Below are positions 1 through 13,200 of a stretch of 64,000 bases of DNA, one piece after another. The position numbers and the translations under genes were made by a program. The stretch is taken from contig NC_092671.1 in the NCBI RefSeq assembly GCF_964355755.1, positions 38,636,304 to 38,700,303 on the forward strand, in the 5' to 3' direction. This DNA comes from Antedon mediterranea. Taxonomy: Eukaryota > Animalia > Echinodermata. How positions within the stretch are numbered: the first letter of the stretch is position 1; each line of letters begins with the position of its first letter. The notes beneath the pieces were generated by a model. That model worked only from the letters and a program-made list of their open reading frames with translations, was not told the DNA's origin and made no database searches.

Positions 1-482
1 GAACTAGTAACGTTCATTATAACGTACCAGATACATTTTCAAATCGTAGTTTGATAATGTTACATCGTAAACTTTTTACCACTGACGACGTATTTATAAC
101 GTCCATATTTGACGTCCTGAAAATGTAATACTGTACTTAGTTATATACAACGATTTGGCTAACGTTACCACATATTATATATAGTGTTCTGCAGATATAC
201 GCGTTACATAGCTCGTTATTTGTTAAAACATGTAGTTAGTACTGTATAAGACATATAAAAACAAGCAATTTAAAATGAAATATTGTTTTTGATTTATTCT
301 ATTATCTGATTAAAAAAGACATAATGTATTGCAAATAGCTTAAGAGGTAGGAACTTGATTATTATTAGAGAGCTTTCGCTATTTTTGATCAGGAACGAGA
401 ACCAGCAGTAATTACCCGTTCTCGATGATACGGAGATCGATAATGAGAAACATTGTTCTTAAACGAGAATGAGCAAATTTGC

Positions 483-1274
483 CTATAAGTCGTCCTCCTC
501 TCTGCTGTCTGGCACATTCCGTTCCTGAAAAGATAACAAATTGTAAAACTAGGTAAATAAAATTATCTCTTAGCAGCAAGTCTTTAAAAAAAATGTTAAG
601 TGTTACTTGTTTACAAAATTTTATTATTGTCATTCTAATCGAATTTTCCCCACGTTTAAATTATAAATGATTTTGGCTATTGACTATTTGGTGTTTTTTA
701 TGTGGTTGCACATTCCCTATTAAATTTACATTACAGTATGTAGTTGTTATGTTTATTTCGTATTGGATAGTGTTGTTGGGTCTAAATACCAAGCCCTATC
801 AGTATAGTACCAGACGTTAGTTGTAATTGGATAGTGTTGTTGGGTCTAAATACCAAGCCCTATCAGTATTGTACCAGACGTTAGTTGTAATTTACTTTAT
901 TCCAACATTTGTATCCCGTAACTTTACATTAATTATTCGTTTGAGGGCGATTGTACGAATGTGTTTTATTGCTTTATATACCACTTGGTGAAACTGAACA
1001 ATAATGACTAGTATCTTTTAGTTTGTAAACTATTTAGTCTTTAAACTGATGCGGACTATAGTAAACTTCATCATTACAATATGAGTGATACGTAAAAGCA
1101 TGGAGGAATAAGTTATTTCGCCATGGTAAAAAATAAATAAATGATAAATCAAATTAAATTTATTCTTACCTTGTATCTTGAGCCACCTGGTCAGTTGGGA
1201 GCGTGCTTCAGTGTTTCAGCAATCTCTATCTCACATTGCTTCAATTTTTTGTGGGTGAGCTCGCATACACGATT
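483..1274 (-). pseudogene. Last two exons of a decayed spliced gene, DUF4806-like C-terminus (exons 1274-1170 and 524-483)
   Basis: ctttag|...|gtaaga and ttttcag|...TAG splice signals. Translation ...SCMRAHPQK(frameshift)LKQCEIEIAETLKHAPN*PGGSRYK|ERNVPDSREEDDL*. The in-frame TGA is plausibly a CGA>TGA change. The domain call is from motif recall. Confidence 0.45.
766..890. repeat. 61-bp direct repeat, 2 copies
   Basis: ggatagtgttgttgggtctaaataccaagccctatcagtat... occurs twice in tandem. Confidence 0.9.
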
Positions 1275-3072
1275 CTAAAGATGAACAATTTGAATGAGAG
1301 TTATTAGTCACAATGTACACATTTAAAACTTTAAAATTCTGTATTAGCAGTAAACATTAATGCCATTATGACATAAATTGTTGTTAGTAAATAAACGACT
1401 TATAATTTAGAAAGTTCAGTACTTTTACATTATGCGCGCGCCGAACACATAAGTACTAATGTGCATGAGCACATTTGGTTTTAAGCGTCTAGTATTATTT
1501 GTCTTATTTGACCTCCTTTCACACTTCTTTGTTTTTTTTTAAAGTACAAGTATCCCTATATATTTTTTTCAAATTAGTTTGATTACCTTATTGTTTATTA
1601 CTATGATACCTGTTATCATTGTTTCACATAACTTGTGTGTGAAAAAAATTGAATAAAAGAAAAGAAAAATTGAACTTCAAATACAAATTGTTAACGGCTA
1701 CTTAAAAAAGGGGTATATTACCAATCATAGAGTCCTACAGAGAAGCGACCGATGTTTCTGTTATTTCTTCTATCTTGTCATTTGCTACGATAATAAAAAG
1801 AAATATTTCAATAGGCATAGTCTGTGAGAATATACCTGTTAGCCCCCTGGTCTATAACTTGCCAAAAAACAAAGTATAAATATTAGCAACTACTACTGTA
1901 TACTTGACAACATTATTTCGCAAGTACTGTAATAATGAAGGTAACTCAATGTTTAAATTAGAGCAACTATGACTTACTATGTATTGATACCGACTCTTGA
2001 GCCATGCTGTCATCACTTTCACTATCTCTATAATTAAATTAAAAATAACACATTATTAATTTAACATAAGTCTTTGTTTAAATTGATTTTCTTTTAAACG
2101 CTTAACTTAATTACTTTTTGGTTCCATTTTTTCCAAAAGTATTCCCAAGATGAGAAAGAGAAAACATGACAGTATGGGTTTTGCTAAACCCCGCAAACCT
2201 CCCAAAAAACATAGCAAACCCCACTGAACTAATATAAAAGTGATTGAATCATGTACTGTACGACCCACTGGGTATATCCATGTAAAAAAAAAATTAAATT
2301 TCTACTGTTAACTACTTATTTTGGGGGTAAAAAGAGAAAACAAAATATTAAATTGTTGTAAAAATACTTTTAACTGAAATGTTTAAATGAATATTTAAAT
2401 TAAATATATTGAAATCTTTTTTAAATGGAGAAATACATTTGATTGTTTAATTAAGGAAATGCATGGAAGAGTTGGCAAGTAAGCGACTTTTTTATTTTTA
2501 AATATTCATCTACAAAAGGGAGCCGGACTCATTTTAAACTGAATAAATCATATAACATAAAAATGACATAATGTTTTAGCACAAAAAAAACAGTAAATTG
2601 TCAGCATGTTAAGTTAGTACTGTAGCATATTTAAAACAACAAACAAGTGCAATTTTGTGAATGATAAATAAAAATAACTCACCGAAAATGTGTCTATAAA
2701 ATAGAAGTTGATGATGATTTGGTTTTGATTGAGTTATTTTAGGCTATGCAGTCTTCTAAAATCTGTACAAAAAATGTTGATAGTCATAGTCACCTTTTCA
2801 AATTAGTAAAGGTCTTGAGTTATTTCATATTTCAAGAATGTTTTTAATGATGAATTTATCGGGTGCCGAATTAATCTAGCCAAAGCCTGATATATAAAGA
2901 GTTACGACATTGGATTATACTGTAGTCACGTGATATGTAGATCAATTTTATGTCAAACTTGTCTCCGTTAATACCATTAATAAAATTAATTACTAAAATA
3001 AAAACGGAATATAAGCGTTATTTCATAGACAAAAAAATCTAAAAATAATGCATGAACTACAGGAAAATGCTC

Positions 3073-3368
3073 TAGATAAGATAAGATAAATTTATTGAAC
3101 GAACGCTTTTGTATCAGCGGCACACGTTTATAAGACGGTGCGTTCATTTACAAGGCAATGTAAAAACAAAAAGAAAAGTATCAAAAAATAACATTTAAGT
3201 CTTAACTAAGAAGCGAATTATACAAGTAAAATGAAATTAGTAAAAACAAGGTAATCTTACATATCGAACAATACTTAACCTATATGATGGAGTTAATGTT
3301 ATTATCTATTTATTATCAGTATTATTAATATTTTCAAGTTTTAAGCGAATATATTATCATTATTATTA

Positions 3369-3434
<66 letters not shown>

Positions 3435-3633
3435 GCTAATTGATTTATTATACTGTTATTATTAAAATAAATGCCACTTTTATATGATTATTTGTTCTTA
3501 TTATATTTAATATTAATAGTTATTTGTAATTTAATTAAATGTGATACAATTTTTATTATACTATTTAGTCTTATTTTTAGTACTGTATTATTTATTTATT
3601 TTATTTAGATTTAGGTTACATTATATAATTTTG

Positions 3634-3669
<36 letters not shown>

Positions 3670-4838
3670 TATAAAAATATAATATATTATTGAATTAGAT
3701 AAATGGTAAAATAATGTTAGTAGATAATATGGTGGGCGGTAAATATTTATATATTATATATTAAGTGTAGTCTTTCTATGTCTCCATGCAGCAGTTAAGT
3801 ATTGTTTACAGTGATAGTCTACAATTTCACCGATTCTCTCAAATGGAAATTCTAAATAAAGGTCATCAAGTAAAATATGATGTTGGTATTCGATTGTACC
3901 ACTTCTAAAATTCTCCCAGAATGTATCATAACCACAATACAATAAATCCATTTTTAGTAAGTTAAAATGTGTTTCTCTTACATTTTTAAGGTTTGAACAT
4001 TCAAGTAGAAAATGGTCTGTAGTTTCAATTAACTGATTGTTGCATAGCTTGCAAAAACCAGTCTCATTTTCTGACCATGTATTTTTTCTACCTTCTAAAT
4101 CAAGAGAGTTAGACCTCGCTTTAAACTTTAAACTAATGGAATCAAAATTCACCATATCAAACATGTATGTCTCTGCTTTAGGTTCATGTTTATATTTCAA
4201 ATATTCGGAGAGGGTTGACTTTGTTTTTGCACCTTCTAACCATTCCTTGATATTTTCTAGAGAGTTGGCATGTGTAAAACTCTTGAACCATTGACTTTCC
4301 GGATTTAAATTAAACTTATTTCCTAAATCAAATTTACATAATAAATCTTTGATATGGTTAATCCACTTCCATTTCACCTTATCTTCTACATCCATTATAG
4401 ATCTACATAGTAGTTTTTGCCACCTTTGGTCATCCATATTTTTAATTCTGTTAAAATAGGACATCCTAGATTTATTTTGGATGGTGTAGAGTGTCTCCCA
4501 TCCTAGGTCACCAATCAATGCCGCTTTCGCGACGTTTCTTGGTGCCTTCAAAATAATTCTAGCCATTTGGTATTGTAAATTTTCTAACTTATTTAGTGAA
4601 CCTTTAGAGTTACATAACCATATTGCAGAGGCGTAATTAATTGTTGGTAATCCTATCGTTCTCCATAAAAGATCACCATAGTATACCCTATTGAAATCAT
4701 TCTGATTGTTTATAATAGAGGTAATATAGGCTATTATCCTATTTCCCTTTTTGATTACTTCATTGATATTGTCAGAATCTGTATATGAACGTGATATTAT
4801 TACACCAAGATATTTATACCTTTCTATTTCTGTGATAT
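3073..4838 (-). mobile_element. 5'-truncated non-LTR retrotransposon (RT C-terminal part plus CCHC zinc finger; RTE-X/CR1-group-like)
   Basis: ORF 3754-4896 contains YKYLGV and FCKLC...ETTDHFLLEC. The 3' end has a stem-loop, AATAAA and a (TTATC)n tail at ~3073-3096. Homology starts at ~4835, so the ORF N-terminus is flanking DNA. Confidence 0.85.
3754..4838 (-). pseudogene. Truncated LINE ORF2 (RT thumb region plus zinc finger)
   Basis: Open frame of ~360 codons that lacks the endonuclease and the catalytic (Y/F)xDD region. Confidence 0.8.
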
Positions 4839-5417
4839 ATATGGCTCTTGATACAAAATAGACGGGCGCGCCCTCAGCGTGCGAATTCTTTGACACAAAA
4901 ATGGCTTCTTATTTTCAATGTCGTAACTCTTTATATATATATGGCTCTGGTCAAAGCTAGTCATTAAGGTCGTGCTAACAGTGAACAATTTACATGGTTT
5001 AGAAACTACTGTACTATTCATTTAGCAAAAAAACATATGCATGTTATATTTAATGGATCTCACTCCATCATCATGACCATTTATAACTATTAGTTAATTT
5101 ACAACTTTATAACATTAGTAAGTAATGATAATAATAATAAACGAAACCTAGTCTATAGGCCCATCCTTTGTAAATACTAAATAGTTTAATAAGTACGGTA
5201 ATTAAACGTCAAATGTGATCACTGTAAAACTGTAACAGTTTATAACCAGGTCTAGGCTAGGCCTAGTAGTAAGCCTAATTAGATTTGGTTTTCTAAAAAG
5301 GTAGTATAAATGTAACATCGCAAAATTGTATTATTTATTGATAATGTATTCCAAACAATAAATAAATAAACCATGTTATGTTAAATAAATATTCACGGAT
5401 TTTTTAATATCTAGTAA

Positions 5418-5469
5418 CATAGAGATATTATAATATCTATTATCTATTATACACTATAATATCTCTATG
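5418..5469. mobile_element. P-superfamily-like mini-hairpin / excision footprint with 7-bp TSD
   Basis: ctagtaa|catagagatattata...cactataatatctctatg|ctagtaa. Confidence 0.7.
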
Positions 5470-5593
5470 CTAGTAATTACATGATAAGCAACCTACATTG
5501 CATTGTTTTCTGTAGGAAAAGATACAAAGCATCGTCGATTAACCAAAAATTAAAAAGCCTCAATATATAACGATTAATGAAACAATAACTCAC

Positions 5594-5830
5594 CGCAAAT
5601 ATATTGGCTTGATAGAAGTTGTTGTTGATAATAATTAGGATAGTTTACTTGATTTTTTGAACGAGCTTCTCTTTTTCCGCAGCAGAATGCAAGTGACACG
5701 TATGTATTTAGAATTTAAATCCCGCGCCGTGTCGAATTTATTATTCTGAGCTCCGTCTGTGATTGGTTGATACCCTGATAAATTATTTAAGAAGGCGCAG
5801 TGCCGATGACTCAAGCAAGCTTTTTCAATG
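5594..5830 (-). promoter_or_regulatory. Candidate promoter and non-coding first exon (donor at 5593)
   Basis: CpG-richer patch with CCAAT (gattgg at 5761) and TGACTCA. Strong minus-strand donor CG|gtgagt. TAGGCCTA cluster downstream at 5155-5266. Confidence 0.35.
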
Positions 5831-5959
5831 GCGACGTTTCACCTCCACGAATACAATTATTTATTTTGAACAAATAATGTTTGTAGCTCTAAAACAAATT
5901 GACTAGACTTCTATAGTTTGAACCTATACTTTATAGATCCATGGTTTGATCAACCCAGT

Positions 5960-8900
5960 ATTATTGTAGACTATTTAGCCCTATTTTAGCATTCCCTATT
6001 TAGCATTATTGCGCTTCATTTATGATTATCATAACCCTTTATTAGTAGATTTTATATTATGTGAAACTTTAGTCTATACTCTATATGTAGCTCTTCACAA
6101 AATAATAACAATAATAACTTAAACCCAGGTTCTCAATTTTAGCTACAAAATCGATGAAACACAGAATTCCAATAAAATAGAAAATGCTTTTTTTAATTAT
6201 AACACAACTGCTTACTTTTAAAACTCAATACTAACTACACAGAGATCTGACTCATATATCCAATTTCACAGTATTCCATGATAACACAGGCTATAAAACT
6301 TTCTTATTCCCCACCACAAAACCCACAAAATTGACCAGTTGTTATGGAAACCTAGATAAAGGAGGTACAATCTTAATTAATTCAGAGTGTGGAATGTGTA
6401 AAATCAAACTATCATTGAGGATATACAAGCTACTAAGTAAATATGAACTTAAATACAATAAGATAACAAACAATACTGCTTTTAGAATATCGCTACATAT
6501 AGATATTTATCACCATTCCTAGAGCCTAATAATTGAATTTCTTTTTATTCGTAAATTTAAATTTACTTATTTATTGGATAGAACATCCCATAAAGAGCTT
6601 TTATCTTTAGATTTACTTGTACAAGTTAATAACGTTGACCTTATACTTTATTCTGTAATTGTTGGCTTTCTGGAAATTAACGACCTTACATTCTTGTAAT
6701 GTATGATCAAGTTACCGACATTAGCAATAAGCTGATCAACAGGTTAACTATGCATTATTCAACAGTAGGCCACTGGCCCAAGTACCATAATATAAGATAA
6801 TAGGCCTACATAAAATTAAATGTAAGTAGCAGTAAAAGCATAATAGTTAGTTTTCTTTTTATATGCGAAAAGGGCAAATTATACCAGGTTATTGATACTT
6901 TTTTATTTTTGTTATTCATTAGTAAAAATATAAACTTTTCTCATTTTTCAAAAAGCAGTGACTAATTTCTTTGTAGTTTGGACATACTCAAACAAAGTGA
7001 TATTCATTTCAACCTCGTTACATTTGCAAACTTTTTATCTAAAGAACGGAAATAAATTTGATATGTGACATATGTGTCATACAAGTCAAATTATAAGGTG
7101 AAATACAAAATATGAATGAATAAATGTATAGCTGTATATTAAATAAAAACACAGTTAAGCAGAGAATTATGATAGTTGGTAATAAAAATGTAATCAGAAG
7201 GAACAAAAACAAACATATATATCGGTCAATACTGTTTTGTCTTTAAAGTTTTTAAATTGTATTCTAAGATCTGTTTGCCAATGCGTTAATGTTGACCTAT
7301 AAATTAACTTCCATTAAGTTACCATGGTAATTAACGACGTACCCTCTTGTAATAGGATAGTACAAGTTGCAGAGTAGAACTCGGGTTAAATATTATAATG
7401 TACACCGCATCGGCCGTGTACTTTTTAAATGTTAACATTCAAATTTGTAATCGTTTGTGTTTAATGAGTGTATGACAATGACTATGTTTTGTTTTATAAT
7501 TTTATTTATTTTGAATACACAATTTAATGAAAAAGTGAGATCAACATTTCTGAATTATCTTACGGAATTATCAATGGAACTATTTTCAAGATGAAAAATA
7601 CACTGTTCTAAGAACCAACGTTTGTTAAAGGAAATGAGCTACACTGATGACTAATTATGTAATTGTATTCATCCTAATTTAGATAAAATTAATAATATTT
7701 ATACCTACTATACTACTAATTAATTCAACAGAATAATTCTGCAAACATTTAAACATATTATTATTAAGTAATATTTCATGTTGATGACATTGTAAGCCCT
7801 ATTCAGCATTATTGCGCTTAAGTTTAAATACTATGACTAGACTATCCTACCATCTTTGTTACTTTAGTATATTTTATATGTGAAACTTTAGTTTCTGAAG
7901 ATACAATAGTTTTTAAAATAACCGGCTCAGCTACAGTGATTAGGTTCACTTAGGTTGACCCTGGTCTCCCAAATTTGTATATGTATATACTGAAATAGAC
8001 CGAATAAATCGTCGTCGACACCACGAAGTGACACTAACCGCGTAATTGATAAAAACAGCGTTTCGAGAAAAACGCGATTGAAGAAACGAGCTTCACAAAA
8101 CACACGATTTCGTCCTCAAAAAAATGTCACTAAGATTTTTAATTTACATACATACAAAGTTAGACAATCCAGCTACCCGTTACTTTAATTTAATTTTAAT
8201 CATATTAATTAATTACCAAGTAAATTAAAGTTAAACTTTAGTGTCACTTCGTGAAACCGAAAAATTCATTTCCCTACGTAGTTTACGCTTACGAAGTGAC
8301 ACTAACGCAGTTAGTGTCACTTCGTGAAACCGCAAATTCGATTTCACCGCGTATTTCTAGTGCGTTGGAAGTGACACTACTGTGTAATTCATAGCTTTCC
8401 AATGCAATGATCCTACATCATAACAATTAAGTATGGTCCTTGATAAGTGAACACTATTATATATACATTACAAACATGCATGTCTCCTTTAAGCCCTGCC
8501 TGCACTATCCGACTTGCTTCATCTTCCATTTCCATCAAATTTTTGCTCAAGAACCATCTCTTCCTTATTTATTACATGGCCATCTCCTCGGAGATGGCCA
8601 TTTAATGTATTGTTTTCATTGATTTCCCTTTTGATTCTATTCATTTTTCCATTATTTTAGTTTGTTAGTTTTCATAAATTCTATTTATTTTTATTAAATT
8701 TTTGTATGTTATTGTCTTATCAAATTGCATTTTTGTGAGGTTCTCTCTATCTAATGATCACCTTCGACTGGAAGGACCACCCTAGTAAAATATTGTTGAA
8801 ATAAATAAAATCAAACTTAATGTGACCAACATTAATTTGATGTGCTTATATGGACACAATGGCATAATATCACTCCATATTTGGGCACATCAAACTTTTT

Positions 8901-11900
8901 TTGTCAAACTAGTTTGATAGTGCAGAAAGGGTTAGGTTATTTATAAATGAAACAACCACATCAAATAAATCTAAAAACATAGTTTGACCTACTTTAACAC
9001 TTTTAATAAAAACATCAAATTACATAGACATATAAATAGGCCTATCTGGAATGTACAGTAAGCATAATGTACATATTCATATTTTTTTTCCATATTATTA
9101 AATATTATTTATTTTTTCAACATTGAACGATTAATAATTCAGTAATACAATTGGTATTTCAGCCAGTATTAATTTATATCAAAAATTATTCTCTATTGTT
9201 ATAAATCATTAAATACTTAATCAATGTCGTTACATTATTTTTTTTCTATTACCAGTATGCTTTTTAATTTATTCAATCCATTGTTCTGTGATGTACACAT
9301 CATCTAAAATGCTCATATACATAAACACTTGCTACAGGCTGCCTACATACACCTCCCCCATTTTTAAACCTTGAACTTGATACCTTCTCCCTTAAATTGA
9401 TGTAGATAGATTGCTTGTTGATCGAATTTCGGTTGTTCCCCCTTATCTTATTTTCTTGAAACTGTTCTGAAAAAAAAAACACATTTTAAAAATAACAGTG
9501 ATTTAATTCTTATTGTTAAAAATCAAGCAGAGTAGTTTAGCCTAGCTATTATATTAAAGAGTCTACTCTAGCCAAGTAGTAGTACTACTACTACTACTAC
9601 TATTCCCTGGGCATACGCATACTCTAGTTTGTTAGGCCTAGGCTAGGCTTAGAGGACCTAACTAACTAGGCCTACTAACCGAATAATGTACGCCAGGCCA
9701 GATGCTAACCTAGGTAGATCTGGGCAAGCTAGCTTTGCCTAAACGTCACAGTAAAGTATAGGTCTAGGCTAGGCCTACCTACTATGCCTAGCTAGTAGTA
9801 GGCTAAAGTGTGTCAAATTACTGTTTTATATTAATTATAAAATAAATATATAATAGGCCTCGACATGAGGAATACATGAGCAGACTAAAATTCTTTAAAT
9901 AAACTAATTAACTTACCGTCTTTCTTAATGAAATGCAATGTTGTGGAGTGTGCGTCCAGATCCTCCTAGCTAGGCTGTAGGCTAGGCCCAAACAGTAAAC
10001 AAACGCGCAAAATTCATTACCAGTGTGGCGCTCGCAAGCAGCACATACGGGTATTTAATAAATAGTGTCACTTCGTAAAAACGCAAATTCCATATGATGG
10101 TGTTTTTTGATATTGTCTAATTAATGTAATTAGTTAATTAATGATATTTGAATGTGTAAATTTTGTGAAAACATAGAGTTCGATATACATAATCAAAATA
10201 TGGAAGAAAAATTTTTTTCAAAAATTCCAGATTTTTAGGTTAGTGTCACTTCGTGATGCCGACGACGAAATAATGAAACTGTATAATATAAACTGTAATA
10301 ATTAACTATCATAACTGGACGTACGATTCTGTTTCTTTATATAATGAATTGATGGAGTTGACCTATACATTTAAGACCAGTTACCATGGAAATTAACGAA
10401 TACCTTCTTGTAATATGATCGGTACAAGTTGGGAGTCTAGCAAGCCGCACCATTATGTTCAATAAGAACGTATTCTTCAGAATTTAGAAATAAATTAAGC
10501 ATAATTACACCATACAAATTAATTCGGAGGATTTAATTTAAGGGACATTTCATGCTTTCAATTTACCAATAGGCCCACTCATTTGCTTAAAATACATTGA
10601 CAACTTATTCGTTGTCAGCTTTCCTGTCTTCCTTTTTTTCAATTTGCATTCTCAAACTCAGGATTTGGAAAGTGAAGTGAGTTTTATTTTAAAATATGGG
10701 TCTCTCAGCCAGCTATTTTGTAGTCAAACGGCCATAAAAACTGTAATTCTTATGCCTTTCCCGTCTTTATACTAATAAATATGGTCCCGTGAATCGTTAT
10801 TGATGAAGTAATAGCAGGGGGTAGTTTAATTACACATTAATTACATTATACAAAACACAACAAAATAAGAACACAGGATTACATTTTGAAATTAAAGATT
10901 GTATCTAAAGGGCGGAAATAAATGTGATAACATATTAGGTGAAATACAAAATATGAATGAATAAATGTAGCTATATAATAATATAAAAACACAGTTAAGC
11001 AGAAAAGTATGATAGTTGGTAATAAAATTGTAATCAGAAAGAACAAAAACAAACATAATATCGGTCAATACTGTTTTGTCTTTAAATGGTTTTAAATTTA
11101 AGATCTGTTTGCCAAGCGGTTAATGTTGACCTATACTTTAAATTCCATTCTAGGAGGTTGATTTATATAAGTTACCATGGTAATTAACGACATACCCTCT
11201 TGTAATAGGATATCTGCACAAGTTACAGTGTAGAACTCGGATTAAATATTATGTACATCGGCCGTGTATTATACTTTTTAAATGTTAACTTTCAAATTTT
11301 TAAATACAATACAATCGTTTGTGTTTAATAACGCTCTTTAATGAGTGTATACTTATTTTGAATACACAATTTAATGAAAAAGTGAAAAATACACTGTTCT
11401 AAGAACCAACGTTTGTTAAAGGAAATGAGCTACACTGATGACTACTTATGTAATTGTATTCATCCTAATTTAGATAAATAATGTTGCTTTATAGAATTCG
11501 ATTGTTTGTTGAGAGTAGATTTAAATACTTTGATCAATATTATTTCCTTCATGGTTAACCGATTCCCTGAGATCATTGGTTATATTATTCATAAAAGTCA
11601 CAAATAAGTACTAGATTCACCTAATTAATAATATACCTACTAGTACTATACTAATAATTAATTCAACAGAATAATTCTGCAAACGTTTAAACATATTATT
11701 ATTAAGTAATATTTCATGTTGATTACATTGTAAGCCCTATTCAGCATTATTGCGCTTAAAAAGTTTAAATACTATGACTAGACTATCCTACCATTTGTTA
11801 GTATATTTTATATGTGAAACTTTAGTTTCTAAAGATACAATAGTTTTTAAAATAACCGGCTCAGCTACAGTGATTAGGTTCACTTAGGTTGACTGGTCTC

Positions 11901-13200
11901 CCAAATTTGTATATGTATATACTGAAATAGACCGAATAAATAATGAAACTGTATAATATAAACTGTAATCATTAACTATCATAACTGGACGTACGATTCT
12001 GTTTCTTTATATTAATGAATTGATGGAGTTGACCTTATTCTATACATTTAAGACCAGTTACCATGGAAATTAATGACTACCTTCTTGTAATATGATCGGT
12101 ACAAGTTGGGAGTCTAGCAAGCTGCACCATATTATGTTCAATAAGAACGTATTCTTCAGAATTTAGAAATAAACTAAGCATAATTACGCCATACAAATTA
12201 ATTCGGAGGATTTAATTTAAGGAACATTTCATGCTTTCAATTTACCAATAGGCCCCCTCAATAGGCCTAATCTTCCTTTTTTTCAATTTGCATTCTCAAA
12301 CTCAGGATTTGGAAAGTGAAGTGAGTTTTATTTAGAAATATGGGTCTCTCAGCCGTCTATTTTGTAGTCAAACGGCCATAAAAAACTGTAATTCTTGTGC
12401 CTTTCCCGTCTTTATACTAATAATTAATATGGTCCCGTGCAATCGTTATTGATGAAGTAATAGCAGGGGATAGTTTAATTACACATTAATTACATTATAC
12501 AAAACACAACAAAATAAGAACACAGGATTATATTTTGAAATTAAAGATTGTATCTAAAGGGCGGAAATAAATGTGATAACATATTAGGTGAAATACAAAA
12601 TATGAATGAATAAATGTAGCTATATAATAATATAAAAACACAGTTAAGCAGAAAAGTATGATAGTTGGTAATAAAATTGTAATCAGAAAGAACAAAAACA
12701 AACATATATATCGGTCAATACTGTTTTGTCTTTAAATGGTTTTTAATTTAAGATCTGTTTGCCAACGGTTAATGTTGACCTATACTTTAAATTCCATTCT
12801 AGAAGGTTGATTTATATAAGTTACCATGGTAATTAACGACATACCCTCTTGTAATAGGATATCTGCACAAGTTACAGTGTAGAACTCGGATTAAATATTA
12901 TGTACATCGGCCGTGTATTATACTTTTTAAATGTTAACTTTCAAATTTTTAAATACAATACAATCGTTTGTGTTTAATAACGCTCTTTAATGAGTGTATA
13001 CTTATTTTGAATACACAATTTAATGAAAAAGTGAAAAATACACTGTTCTAAGAACCAACGTTTGTTATTAAAGGAAATGAGCTACACTGATGACTACTTA
13101 TGTAATTGTATTCATCCTAATTTAGATAAACAATTTTGCTTTATAGAATTCGATTGTTTGTTGAGTGTAGTTAAATACTTTGATCAATATTATTTCCTTT
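5960..13200. repeat. ~1.65-kb tandem array: copies at ~7036-10901 (interrupted), 10902-12550 and 12551-~13200 (partial), plus a diverged older copy at ~5960-6750
   Basis: tatctaaagggcggaaataaatgtgataac recurs at 10902 and 12551 (period 1649), with a variant at 7036. Long near-identical blocks are shared between copies. Confidence 0.9.
8010..10267. mobile_element. Non-autonomous Sola1-type DNA transposon (~2.26 kb)
   Basis: ~29-bp TIRs (cgtcgtcgacaccacgaagtgacactaac / gttagtgtcacttcgtgatgccgacgacg) and 4-bp TSD AAAT. The empty site is preserved in the next array copy (accgaataaataatgaaact at ~11931). Internal gaagtgacacta repeats occur in both orientations. Confidence 0.8.

Noticed and set aside
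3067-4853. TSD for the truncated LINE (atgctctagata versus atggctcttgata)
   Set aside because: Imperfect match, and the same atatatggctct motif recurs at ~4937, so it cannot be called.
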